Source: Oscillospiraceae bacterium (GTDB lineage Bacteria > Bacillota > Clostridia > Oscillospirales > Acutalibacteraceae). Taken from it: a stretch of 64,000 nt of DNA. The notes under the pieces were generated by a model. It was not told the DNA's origin, did no database searches, and worked only from the letters and a program-made list of their open reading frames with translations. Of this stretch, positions 24,555 through 33,460 are shown piece by piece. The position numbers and the translations under genes are program-made. Numbering within the stretch: position 1 is the first letter of the stretch; each line of letters begins with the position of its first letter. The stretch is from positions 5,100 to 69,099 of the forward strand of contig CACXOM010000004.1 in assembly GCA_902769255.1 (NCBI GenBank), written 5' to 3'.

Positions 24555-26345
24555 ATGTATCGTGCCCATGTGTTGATTTGCGGCGGTACCGGATGTACTT
24601 CTTCCGGCTCGGTTGCAATACAAGAAACTCTGGCTAAACAACTTAAAGAAAAAGGCCTTGAAGAAGAGGTAAAAATCGTTCAAACAGGTTGTTTCGGACT
24701 TTGCGCTTTAGGTCCTGTAATGATTGTTTACCCCGAAGGTACTTTTTATAGCCGAGTAACCCCTGAAGATGTTGAAGAAATTGTTGAAGAACATCTTTTG
24801 AAAGGTAGAATTGTTGAGCGTTTGGTTTATTCTGACACACAAGAAGAAAACGCTACTGAAACTTCGCTTAATGATACCACTTTCTACAAAAAACAAAAAA
24901 GAGTTGCTCTTCGTAACTGCGGTGTTATTAACCCTGAAGTTATTGATGAATACATCGGTGAAGGCGGTTATCAGGCTCTCGGTAAAGTGCTTACCGAAAT
25001 GACTCCTGAAGAAGTTATTAAAACTATTCTTGATTCTGGTCTTCGTGGCCGTGGTGGCGGCGGATTCCCGACAGGTTTGAAATGGAAATTGGCTGCAGGT
25101 AACCAAGCAGACCAAAAATATGTCTGTTGTAATGCCGACGAAGGCGACCCGGGTGCATTTATGGACCGTTCAGTTCTTGAAGGCGACCCTCATGTTGTTC
25201 TCGAAGCAATGGCAATTGCAGGTTACGCTATCGGCGCTTCACAAGGTTACATTTATGTTCGTGCTGAATATCCTATCGCCGTTCATCGTTTGGAAATTGC
25301 TATTAAACAAGCAAGAGAATACGGTCTTTTAGGTAAAAATATTTTCGATACAGGATTTGATTTTGATATTGATATTCGTCTTGGTGCAGGCGCATTCGTT
25401 TGCGGTGAGGAAACTGCTCTTATGACCTCAATCGAAGGCAACCGTGGTGAGCCAAGACCTCGTCCTCCTTATCCTGCTGTTAAAGGTTTGTTCGGTAAAC
25501 CGACTATTCTTAACAACGTTGAAACTTACGCAAACATTCCGCAAATTATCTTAAACGGCGCTGACTGGTTCGCTTCAATGGGTACCGAAAAATCAAAAGG
25601 TACTAAAGTATTTGCGCTCGGCGGTAAAATCAACAACACAGGTTTGGTTGAGGTTCCTATGGGAACAACCTTGCGTGAAGTTATTGAAGAAATCGGTGGC
25701 GGTATTCCTAACGGTAAAAAATTCAAAGCCGCTCAAACAGGTGGTCCTTCAGGAGGTTGTATTCCTGCTGAACATCTTGATATTCCGATTGATTATGATA
25801 ACTTAATTTCTATCGGTTCAATGATGGGTTCAGGCGGACTTATCGTTATGGACGAAGACAACTGTATGGTTGATATCGCTAAATTCTTCCTTGAATTTAC
25901 TGTTGATGAATCTTGCGGTAAATGTACTCCTTGCCGTGTAGGTACAAGAAGACTTCTTGAAATTCTTGAAAAAATCACAAGCGGTAAAGGTACTATGGAA
26001 GATATTGACAGACTCGAAGAACTTGCTGCTTACATAAAAGCAAATTCACTTTGCGGTCTCGGTCAAACTGCTCCAAACCCTGTTTTGTCAACACTTCGTT
26101 ATTTTAAAGATGAATATATCGCTCACGTTGTTGATAAAAAATGTCCTGCAGGCGTTTGTAAAGACTTGTTACAATATACAATTATTGAAGATAAATGTAA
26201 AGGTTGCTCGGCATGTTCGAGAAAATGTCCTGTTGGCGCAATTTCAGGCGAAATTAAGAGTCCGTTTGTTATTGACCAAAATAAATGTATTAAATGTGGC
26301 GCTTGTATTGAAACTTGTAAGTTTGGCGCTATTGAGAAAAAATAA
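24555..26345 (+). CDS. hydB: NuoF-like NADH/FMN-binding subunit of [FeFe]-hydrogenase (HydB)
   Basis: N-terminal 2Fe-2S Trx-like domain, GLRGRGGGGFPTGLKW (FMN), CGKCTPCRVG (N3-type 4Fe-4S), and C-terminal 2x CxxCxxCxxxCP ferredoxin motifs. Confidence 0.92.
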   Translation: MYRAHVLICGGTGCTSSGSVAIQETLAKQLKEKGLEEEVKIVQTGCFGLCALGPVMIVYPEGTFYSRVTPEDVEEIVEEHLLKGRIVERLVYSDTQEENATETSLNDTTFYKKQKRVALRNCGVINPEVIDEYIGEGGYQALGKVLTEMTPEEVIKTILDSGLRGRGGGGFPTGLKWKLAAGNQADQKYVCCNADEGDPGAFMDRSVLEGDPHVVLEAMAIAGYAIGASQGYIYVRAEYPIAVHRLEIAIKQAREYGLLGKNIFDTGFDFDIDIRLGAGAFVCGEETALMTSIEGNRGEPRPRPPYPAVKGLFGKPTILNNVETYANIPQIILNGADWFASMGTEKSKGTKVFALGGKINNTGLVEVPMGTTLREVIEEIGGGIPNGKKFKAAQTGGPSGGCIPAEHLDIPIDYDNLISIGSMMGSGGLIVMDEDNCMVDIAKFFLEFTVDESCGKCTPCRVGTRRLLEILEKITSGKGTMEDIDRLEELAAYIKANSLCGLGQTAPNPVLSTLRYFKDEYIAHVVDKKCPAGVCKDLLQYTIIEDKCKGCSACSRKCPVGAISGEIKSPFVIDQNKCIKCGACIETCKFGAIEKK

Positions 26346-26360
26346 GGGAGGAAAAGACTG

Positions 26361-28109
26361 ATGGTAAATTTAAAAATTAACGGCATCGGGGTGCAGGTTG
26401 AAGACGGCGCAACCGTTCTTGAAGCGGCTCGTAAAGCAGGTATCGAAATTCCTACCCTTTGCTACATGAAAGAAATCAACGAAATCGGCGCTTGCCGTAT
26501 TTGTATGGTTGAAGTACAAGAAATGCGTGGCGACCAACTCGGACCGGCAAGAATGGTTACCGCTTGCGTTTATCCTGCAAGCGAGGGTATGGTTGTTCAA
26601 ACAAATACCGAAAAAGTTAGAAAAGCAAGAAAAACTACTCTTGAAATGATGCTTTCAACTCACAACCGTAAATGTTTGTCTTGCGTTCGTTCAGGTAACT
26701 GCGAATTGCAAACACTTTGCTATGAATACGGTATTGATAATGATGAGCAGTTTGACGGCGTTTTGCCTGAAAATATTTATGATGACAGCGCTCTTCATAT
26801 GATTAGAGATAATTCAAAATGTATTCTTTGCCGTCGTTGCGTTGCTGTCTGTAAAGAGCAGGAAGTTGGCGTAATTGGCGCAAACGACAGAGGTTTTGAT
26901 ACTCATATCGGTTGTACTTATGATAAAACTTTGGCTGAGGTTGACTGTATTTCTTGCGGTCAATGTATCGTAAACTGCCCGACAGGCGCTTTGAAAGAGC
27001 GTGACGATACTCAAAAAGTTTATGACGCTATCGCTGATGAAACTAAAACAGTTATCGTTCAAACCGCTCCTGCTGTTCGTGCAGGTCTTGGCGAAGAATT
27101 CGGCTTGCCAATCGGCACAGATGTTGAAGGCAAAATGGTAGCCGCTTTAAGAAGACTCGGTTTTGATAAGGTATTTGATACTGATACAGCCGCAGACTTC
27201 ACAATTATGGAGGAGGCTAACGAACTTATCGACCGTGTAACAAACGGCGGTGTTCTTCCTATGATTACATCTTGCTCACCAGGTTGGATTAAATATTGCG
27301 AATATCATTATCCTGATTTCATTCCTAACCTTTCAACTTGTAAATCACCTCAAAATATGTTCGGCGGAATTATTAAATCTTGGTATGCTGAGAAAAACGG
27401 CTTAAATCCTGATGACATTGTTGTTGTTTCGGTTATGCCTTGTACCGCTAAAAAGTTTGAGGTTCAGCGTGAAGAGCTTAGAAAAGATGTTGATATTTCT
27501 ATCACTACTCGTGAACTCGCTCGTATGATTAAACGTGCCGGTATTCAGTTTAACTTGCTTGCCGATGAAACATTTGATTCACCGCTCGGTGAGGCAACAG
27601 GTGCTGCTGTTATCTTCGGTGCAACAGGCGGTGTTATGGAAGCTGCTCTTAGAACTGCTTATGAAGTTATCACAAAATCAACTTTGGAAGATGTTGATTT
27701 TACCGCTGTTCGTGGTACAGAGCCTGTTAAAGTTTCTGAAATCAAAGTTGGCGACTTAAATGTTAAAGTCGGCGTAGCTTCAGGCGCAAAAGCTGCTAAA
27801 GAGTTGCTTGAGCGAGTAAAAGCTGGCGAAGAGTTTACATTTATCGAAATTATGGGTTGCCCAGGCGGTTGTGTAAACGGTGGCGGTCAGCCTATTCAAC
27901 CTACATCTGTTCGTCAAACAGTTGACATTAAAGCAGAGCGTGCAAAAGCGCTTTACAATAATGATGCTGCTAAATCAATCAGAAAATCTCACGAAAATCC
28001 GTTTGTAAAAGCAGTTTATGAAGAATACTTCGGTGCACCTAACTCACACAAGGCTCACGAAGTTCTCCATACAACTTATGTTGACCGTTCAAAAGATGTA
28101 ATTATGTAA
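26361..28109 (+). CDS. hydA: [FeFe]-hydrogenase catalytic subunit, M3 architecture (HydA, NADH-dependent/bifurcating type)
   Basis: N-terminal 2Fe-2S (CYMKEINEIGACRIC), His-ligated cluster motif (HNRKCLSC...C), two 4Fe-4S motifs. H-domain motifs TSCSPGW, VMPCTAKKFE and EIMGCPGGCVNGGGQP. Confidence 0.92.
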   Translation: MVNLKINGIGVQVEDGATVLEAARKAGIEIPTLCYMKEINEIGACRICMVEVQEMRGDQLGPARMVTACVYPASEGMVVQTNTEKVRKARKTTLEMMLSTHNRKCLSCVRSGNCELQTLCYEYGIDNDEQFDGVLPENIYDDSALHMIRDNSKCILCRRCVAVCKEQEVGVIGANDRGFDTHIGCTYDKTLAEVDCISCGQCIVNCPTGALKERDDTQKVYDAIADETKTVIVQTAPAVRAGLGEEFGLPIGTDVEGKMVAALRRLGFDKVFDTDTAADFTIMEEANELIDRVTNGGVLPMITSCSPGWIKYCEYHYPDFIPNLSTCKSPQNMFGGIIKSWYAEKNGLNPDDIVVVSVMPCTAKKFEVQREELRKDVDISITTRELARMIKRAGIQFNLLADETFDSPLGEATGAAVIFGATGGVMEAALRTAYEVITKSTLEDVDFTAVRGTEPVKVSEIKVGDLNVKVGVASGAKAAKELLERVKAGEEFTFIEIMGCPGGCVNGGGQPIQPTSVRQTVDIKAERAKALYNNDAAKSIRKSHENPFVKAVYEEYFGAPNSHKAHEVLHTTYVDRSKDVIM

Positions 28110-28120
28110 TTACAAATTTA

Positions 28121-28149
28121 AAAAGCCTCCTTTTTAGGAGGCTTTTTTT
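28121..28149. terminator. bidirectional intrinsic terminator
   Basis: aaaaagcctcc-ttttt-aggaggcttttttt between convergent hydA and the 28167-28952 gene. Confidence 0.85.
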
Positions 28150-28166
28150 ATATACAATATATTAAT

Positions 28167-28952
28167 TTAATCACGCTTTTTAAGTCTTACTTTTTCGTTG
28201 TGATTGCGTTTGTTAATAAACTCACGAACAAGCGAATAAATCATAAGAATTACCACAATTGCGGCAACTATTATAACAATAATAGAAACAATCGATAAAA
28301 CCACACTTTTAACAATTTCGCCCGTTTCACCTTTCATTTTAAGGCTAATTGAATTAATAATATCATTAAAGTCGTTTGTTGTTTCGTCATCAGGCACGCT
28401 TAAATTGCTGAAAAACATAAATTCATAACAATTTCCGCCGGCTATTGTAATAATGCTTTTATAAGAATAACCTGTGTTGCCGTCGCCGACTCTGCAATTA
28501 AATTCCATAAAATCGTAACCGTCAATCTCAATTATTTGCGGTTCGCTCAAGCTGTCTTGATTGTTCTTTTTAAAGGTTGACCTAAGTGTTTTAATAACCG
28601 ATTTTTTATCGTTTTCGTCCATAGGTGTAAAGTTTCCTATTTTCTGCGAAAAACTGTCAGAACTTATTTTAAATGTTATCTGTCTGCCGTCTTTTTCATC
28701 AAATGCATCAATAAAAGTGCCGTCACTTATTTTTTTAATAGCGTCATTTTTATCAATCGGCATATTGCTGAAATAGTCGGAATTTTTATCAACATCTTCA
28801 TTGGTATAATATGTATAATTATCGGGTAAAGTCAACGATATTTTGTTTTCATCGTATGTTACAGAAATTCTTTCGCTACTTGCAAATACGCAATTTGAAA
28901 AAACAATTAAAAAAAGCGAAAAAACAACTAAAAATGATTTAAAAAACTTCAT
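28167..28952 (-). CDS. hypothetical secreted protein with C-terminal membrane anchor
   Basis: N-terminal signal peptide (FSLFLIVFSNCVFASS), C-terminal TM (VVLSIVSIIVIIVAAIVVILMIY) plus a basic tail. No family recognised. Confidence 0.6.
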   Translation of the reverse strand: MKFFKSFLVVFSLFLIVFSNCVFASSERISVTYDENKISLTLPDNYTYYTNEDVDKNSDYFSNMPIDKNDAIKKISDGTFIDAFDEKDGRQITFKISSDSFSQKIGNFTPMDENDKKSVIKTLRSTFKKNNQDSLSEPQIIEIDGYDFMEFNCRVGDGNTGYSYKSIITIAGGNCYEFMFFSNLSVPDDETTNDFNDIINSISLKMKGETGEIVKSVVLSIVSIIVIIVAAIVVILMIYSLVREFINKRNHNEKVRLKKRD

Positions 28953-29120
28953 TTTTCACTCCCATAAAAAATACTCTACTATATATAATAGAATAAAACC
29001 GCAAAAAAATCAAGTGTAATTTTAAATGTTTAGAATAAAATGTAAATATATTATTAAAAGTATGGAATTTTGCTTGTATTTGTGTTATACTGTTAAAAAA
29101 TCGATTAGGAGTTGGACTTG

Positions 29121-30068
29121 ATGAAAAAAATAATTGCGTTTTTTGCTGTTTTGGTTTTGGTTTTGTCAATGTCGGGGATTAGTTCTTTTGCCGACAATGT
29201 TACAACTTTGTCTTTAAAAGATACCACTTGTGCGCCGGGTGATACAGTCGGCTTGACGGTTGAATTGAATAATAACAAAGGCCTTTGGGGCATGCTTTTT
29301 TCGGTTGGATTTGACCCTGACTGTTTTGCTTTTTGCGAAGCCAGAAATAATAATGATGTATTTTCAACCGATGCTTATATGATAGGTCCGAGCGATTTTT
29401 CGCAAGGAAAAGTTAATGTGCTTATTACTCCTTCGGAGCTTACCAAAAATAATACAAAAAACGGTAAAGTCTGCACAATATTTTTTAAAGTCGGTAATGA
29501 TATGCCGGAAGGCGAATATAATTTTAATTTAACTTTAAGCGAAAAAGATATTTGTGATGTCAACGGTAATAAAGTTGAAGTTAACGCAGTTTCGGGAAAG
29601 GTTAAAATTGATAAATCTTACAAACCGAAAACTACGCAAAATACAGCAAAAGCCGGTGAGGTTCTTGCAACAACCGCAAGCGGTAAAAATGCCGATTCAA
29701 AAGGCGAAAACCAAACCGCTCATTTTGAAAATATAACAGAAGTCAGCAATGTTTATGTAACTAATAAAAAAGGCGAAACACTAACAAATAAAAACGGCAA
29801 AAAAATTACTAAAAAGGTTTTTGTTGATAAAGATACCGGCGAAATAATCGGTGATGTAGACAGCGAAAAAAATGAGAAAAGTGATGAAAAAATCGAAGTA
29901 ATTACTGATGAGAACGGCAAAAAAATTACTAATAAGAATGACAGCACAGATGAAGAAAACGGTTTTGATTATTCGGTTATAGTTTTAATTGCTATTTTCG
30001 GTGCAGTTATTATATGTTGCGTTGTGGTAGCGGTTATAAAAACAAAAAAGAAAAAACAAGATAAGTAA
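29121..30068 (+). CDS. cohesin-like domain protein with K/N/T-rich linker and C-terminal membrane anchor
   Basis: Signal peptide, then CAPGDTVGLTVELNNNKGLWGMLFSVGFDP...GEYNFNLT...VSGKVKI, resembling a cohesin/CBM-type beta sandwich. C-terminal TM VIVLIAIFGAVIICCVVVAVI-KTKKKK. ATG at 29121 lies 9 nt after AGGAG. Confidence 0.5.
   Translation: MKKIIAFFAVLVLVLSMSGISSFADNVTTLSLKDTTCAPGDTVGLTVELNNNKGLWGMLFSVGFDPDCFAFCEARNNNDVFSTDAYMIGPSDFSQGKVNVLITPSELTKNNTKNGKVCTIFFKVGNDMPEGEYNFNLTLSEKDICDVNGNKVEVNAVSGKVKIDKSYKPKTTQNTAKAGEVLATTASGKNADSKGENQTAHFENITEVSNVYVTNKKGETLTNKNGKKITKKVFVDKDTGEIIGDVDSEKNEKSDEKIEVITDENGKKITNKNDSTDEENGFDYSVIVLIAIFGAVIICCVVVAVIKTKKKKQDK
29793..29811 (+). repeat. 19-nt perfect direct repeat (aacggcaaaaaaattacta), second copy at 29913-29931
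   Basis: The copies are 120 nt apart and in frame, encoding NGKKIT in the linker of the cohesin-like protein. Confidence 0.8.
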
Positions 30069-30073
30069 AATTA

Positions 30074-30106
30074 AAATTCCTTCTCAAAAGAGAAGGAATT
30101 TTTTAT
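30074..30106. terminator. bidirectional intrinsic terminator
   Basis: aaaattccttctc-aaaa-gagaaggaatttttt between convergent genes. Confidence 0.8.
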
Positions 30107-30108
30107 TG

Positions 30109-30771
30109 TTAGTTTGCTGTTTGCTCTTTGTTGGTTTCTTCAAAAATTTCATTCGGCAGGTAATACCATTTGCCGTTTGTCGATACTGAAAACGCTTCGA
30201 CTGCAGAATAGTTTTTTGTTTTGCCGTCTTTACTTTCAACCATAAGGCGAAGAGTAATGTGTTTTCCGCTTTCAAAGCTTAAATCATAACCTTTATCTTT
30301 GCAGGCGGAATTTAAACTTTCAATAAGGTCTTCGCTAAAATCGTAACTGTCAATAACCTTTGCATCTATAGAATAATTTTCGCCGAAATTCTCCTCTAAA
30401 GCTGATTCGGTTTGGCTTTTAAAAGCCTCAATGCTACCGTTTTGCTCAACATAATAATTTTCGGTATCGGTTTGCATTTTTTGCGGAATTTCATCTAAAT
30501 AACCTTGCAAATCACCGCTTGTTAAAGCAATAACCGCATTTTTTACAGGCTCACTTTGCACAGAAGTTTTAAAGTATGAATATGTAAAAATTATTGCTAA
30601 AATAACCGAAACCGCAATTACCGCCGCAATTATAATAACCGATTTTGGTTTTTTAGCAGTTGTTTTATTATTCTTCGTGTTTTCGATAAACGAGAGTTCA
30701 TCGCTGCCGCAAACATCGCATTTCATAGCAACATCAGGCAGTTCTTGACCGCATTTTAAGCATTTTCGCAT
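30109..30771 (-). CDS. zinc-ribbon membrane protein of unknown function
   Basis: N-terminal CLKCGQ...CDVCG zinc ribbon, one TM (SVIIIAAVIAVSVILAIIF), extracytoplasmic C-terminal domain. Confidence 0.6.
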   Translation of the reverse strand: MRKCLKCGQELPDVAMKCDVCGSDELSFIENTKNNKTTAKKPKSVIIIAAVIAVSVILAIIFTYSYFKTSVQSEPVKNAVIALTSGDLQGYLDEIPQKMQTDTENYYVEQNGSIEAFKSQTESALEENFGENYSIDAKVIDSYDFSEDLIESLNSACKDKGYDLSFESGKHITLRLMVESKDGKTKNYSAVEAFSVSTNGKWYYLPNEIFEETNKEQTAN

Positions 30772-30823
30772 TTTTTCTCATTCCTTTCGCATTGAAATTC
30801 TAACACAAAACAAAAATTTTTGC

Positions 30824-30852
30824 AATAAAAAATCCCGAAAAATCGGGATTTT
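30824..30852 (-). terminator. intrinsic terminator of the ABC transporter operon
   Basis: On the minus strand: aaaatcccga-ttttt-tcgggatttt followed by ttattg. Confidence 0.7.
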
Positions 30853-30856
30853 CGTT

Positions 30857-31603
30857 TTATAAAACTTTTGATAAAAAGTCTTTAAGTCGTGGGTGTTTAG
30901 GGTTATCGAAAATTTCAGAAGGTGTGCCTTGTTCAATAATTTTACCTTCATCAATAAAAATTACTCTTGAGGCAACCTCTCTTGCAAAGCCCATTTCGTG
31001 AGTAACGGTAATCATAGTCATACCCTCTTTTGCAAGATTTTTCATAACCTCTAAAACTTCGCCTACCATTTCAGGATCAAGCGCGCTTGTCGGCTCGTCA
31101 AAAAGCATTACGTCAGGCTCCATACAAAGCGCTCTTACAATTGCAACACGTTGTTTTTGACCGCCCGAAAGCTGACTCGGATAGTCGTTTGCTCTTTCTT
31201 CAAGACCTACTGTTTTAAGCAATTCAAAAGCCTTTTCTTTCGCTTGCGATTCAGAAATATTGCGAAGTTTTTGAGGCGCTATTGTCATATTTTTAAGTAC
31301 AGTCATATGAGGGAAAAGGTTGAAATGTTGGAAAACCATACCCATTTTTTGACGGTGTAAATTTATATTTGTTTTCGGGTCAGTAATGTCAACACCCTCA
31401 AATAAAATTTTACCGTCTGTCGGCTCTTCCAAAAGGTTTAAAGAACGCAAAAATGTAGATTTACCCGAACCCGAAGGGCCGATTATTACAACAACTTCGC
31501 CTTTTTTGATTTCGGCGTCAATTCCGTCAAGTGCTTTAACTTTGCCATTTAAATAATGCTTTTTAAGTCCCTCGACTATAATTAATGAATTGTTATCTTT
31601 CAT
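30857..31603 (-). CDS. amino acid ABC transporter ATP-binding protein
   Basis: Walker [25 protein letters not shown] signature, Walker [12 protein letters not shown]. GlnQ/ArtP-like polar amino acid class. Confidence 0.92.
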   Translation of the reverse strand: MKDNNSLIIVEGLKKHYLNGKVKALDGIDAEIKKGEVVVIIGPSGSGKSTFLRSLNLLEEPTDGKILFEGVDITDPKTNINLHRQKMGMVFQHFNLFPHMTVLKNMTIAPQKLRNISESQAKEKAFELLKTVGLEERANDYPSQLSGGQKQRVAIVRALCMEPDVMLFDEPTSALDPEMVGEVLEVMKNLAKEGMTMITVTHEMGFAREVASRVIFIDEGKIIEQGTPSEIFDNPKHPRLKDFLSKVL

Positions 31604-32318
31604 TTTTACGCAACCTCCTCTCCAAGCGTTTTACAAGTGAAGAAAGGATAATTACCATCAACAAATAAATTAAAGCAACTGCAATAAGTGGCATAAATGC
31701 AGAGAAAGTTCTTCCTCTGATAATATCGCCGGCTTTGGTTAAATCCATAACGCCTACATAACCTGCAACCGAAGTTTCTTTTATTAAAACAATAAACTCG
31801 TTGCAAAGAGTAGGTAAAACAGTTTTAAACGCCTGCGGAATAATTATGTGTATCATTGTTTGCGGATAGTTAAAACCTAAACTTCTGCCTGCCTCAAATT
31901 GACCGTTGTCAACAGACATAATACCGCTTCTAAAAATTTCCGCTACATATGCGCCCGAATTTAAACCAAAAGCAAAAACAGCTACTAAAGTGCCGTCTTT
32001 TGCATTTGCAAAAATAATAAAATAAGCAATCATAAGCTGAACAACAACAGGTGTTCCGCGAATTACTGTAAGGTACAAATTACAAATAGCGTTAAGCACT
32101 TTCATCAAAACATAACCTAATCCGCCTTTTTTCTTTAAAGAAGATTGGTTTTTGTCATAAGTTGAACGAACTGTAGCTATTACAATACCTATTACAAGAC
32201 CTAAAATCAACGCTAAAAAAGTTATTTCTAAAGTTGTTCCCAAGCCTTTTAACAGAGAAAACCATCTGTTTTCGTCAATAAAATTCAGTTTAAATTGTGA
32301 ATAGAACTCATCAAACAT
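31593..32318 (-). CDS. amino acid ABC transporter permease
   Basis: Multiple TM segments with the EAA-type loop ([27 protein letters not shown]). ATG at 32316-32318 follows AAGGA. Confidence 0.88.
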   Translation of the reverse strand: MFDEFYSQFKLNFIDENRWFSLLKGLGTTLEITFLALILGLVIGIVIATVRSTYDKNQSSLKKKGGLGYVLMKVLNAICNLYLTVIRGTPVVVQLMIAYFIIFANAKDGTLVAVFAFGLNSGAYVAEIFRSGIMSVDNGQFEAGRSLGFNYPQTMIHIIIPQAFKTVLPTLCNEFIVLIKETSVAGYVGVMDLTKAGDIIRGRTFSAFMPLIAVALIYLLMVIILSSLVKRLERRLRKNER

Positions 32319-32393
32319 TTTGAAATTTATCCTTTTTATAAAATTAAAATAAGGATGCTTTAAACGAAAAAGCATCCTTATAAATTAAACGGT

Positions 32394-33167
32394 TTATTTA
32401 GAAGGAATGTATTTTGCAACTATTTTGTCAATAGTGCCGTCTTTCTTTAATTCGTCAAGCGCTTTGTTGATATCTTTTAATAAATCGTTGTTGTCTTTTG
32501 CAATTGCGATTGCGTAATCTTCAACAGTAAATTCTGTGTTAAGAATTTCAAGACCTTTGTTTGCTTTTACAAATGATTTTGCAGGCTCGTTATCAATAAT
32601 TACACAACCTACTTTATCAGTTACAAGTGCTTGAACAGCGTCAGCGCCGTTTTTGTAGCGAACTACATTATCTTCGCCGTAACCGCCGTTGTCAGGTGTA
32701 TCAGAAGCGTAAATGTCGCCTGTTGTATCTTGCTGAACGCCGATTTTGCCGCCGTCTTTAACCATTTTTGCGATATCGTCAACAGATTTAACTTTTGAAC
32801 CGGATTTAACAATTACAGATTGAATACCGGTAGCATAAGTAGTTGAGAAATTAACGCTTTTCTTTCTTTCGTCAGTAACAGTCATGCCGGCCATACCCAT
32901 ATCGTATTTGCCTGATTGAACACCGCCGATAATTGAACCAAATTCAACGTCTGCAATTTCAAGTTTTTTGCCTAATTTTTTAGCAATTTCAGTTGCGATT
33001 TCAACGTCAATACCTTTAAAATTGTCGCCCTCTTTGTATTCGTAAGGAGGGAAGTTTGCATTAGTTGCCATTGTTATAGTGTCTTCATCACTTCCACCGC
33101 AAGAGGCGAGAGAAACTGTCATAGCAACTGCCATAATTACGCATAAGAATTTAATAAACTTTTTCAT
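32394..33167 (-). CDS. amino acid ABC transporter substrate-binding lipoprotein
   Basis: Lipobox SLASCGG. Family-3 SBP motifs (PPYEY, GIDVEIA, MGMAGMTVTDERK). Confidence 0.88.
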   Translation of the reverse strand: MKKFIKFLCVIMAVAMTVSLASCGGSDEDTITMATNANFPPYEYKEGDNFKGIDVEIATEIAKKLGKKLEIADVEFGSIIGGVQSGKYDMGMAGMTVTDERKKSVNFSTTYATGIQSVIVKSGSKVKSVDDIAKMVKDGGKIGVQQDTTGDIYASDTPDNGGYGEDNVVRYKNGADAVQALVTDKVGCVIIDNEPAKSFVKANKGLEILNTEFTVEDYAIAIAKDNNDLLKDINKALDELKKDGTIDKIVAKYIPSK

Positions 33168-33233
33168 GATTGTTTATCTCCTTAAAAATTAGTTTTTTGT
33201 TTTAAGACTTTTCAAGTCTTTTTGCGTGTTAAT

Positions 33234-33262
33234 ATTATACAACTATATGAATAAAAATTCAA
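33234..33262 (-). promoter_or_regulatory. sigma-A type promoter of the ABC transporter operon (TTGAAT-17-TATAAT on minus strand)
   Basis: attata at 33234-33239 and attcaa at 33257-33262 on the + strand, with an exact 17-nt spacer. Confidence 0.5.
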
Positions 33263-33460
33263 GACTTTTTTTATATTTTTTAAATAAAGATAAATTTCCG
33301 CCGAAAAAGCGAAAAAATACCGTTTTTATGCATTTTGTTTGAATAAAAAATGCATAAATATAAAAAATATCAAAAACACGGCGCAATATGTCAAAAAAAC
33401 TTGAAAAAACAAATAAAAAATGTTATTATAAAATGAATAGTTATTTAAGGAGAAATTTTG

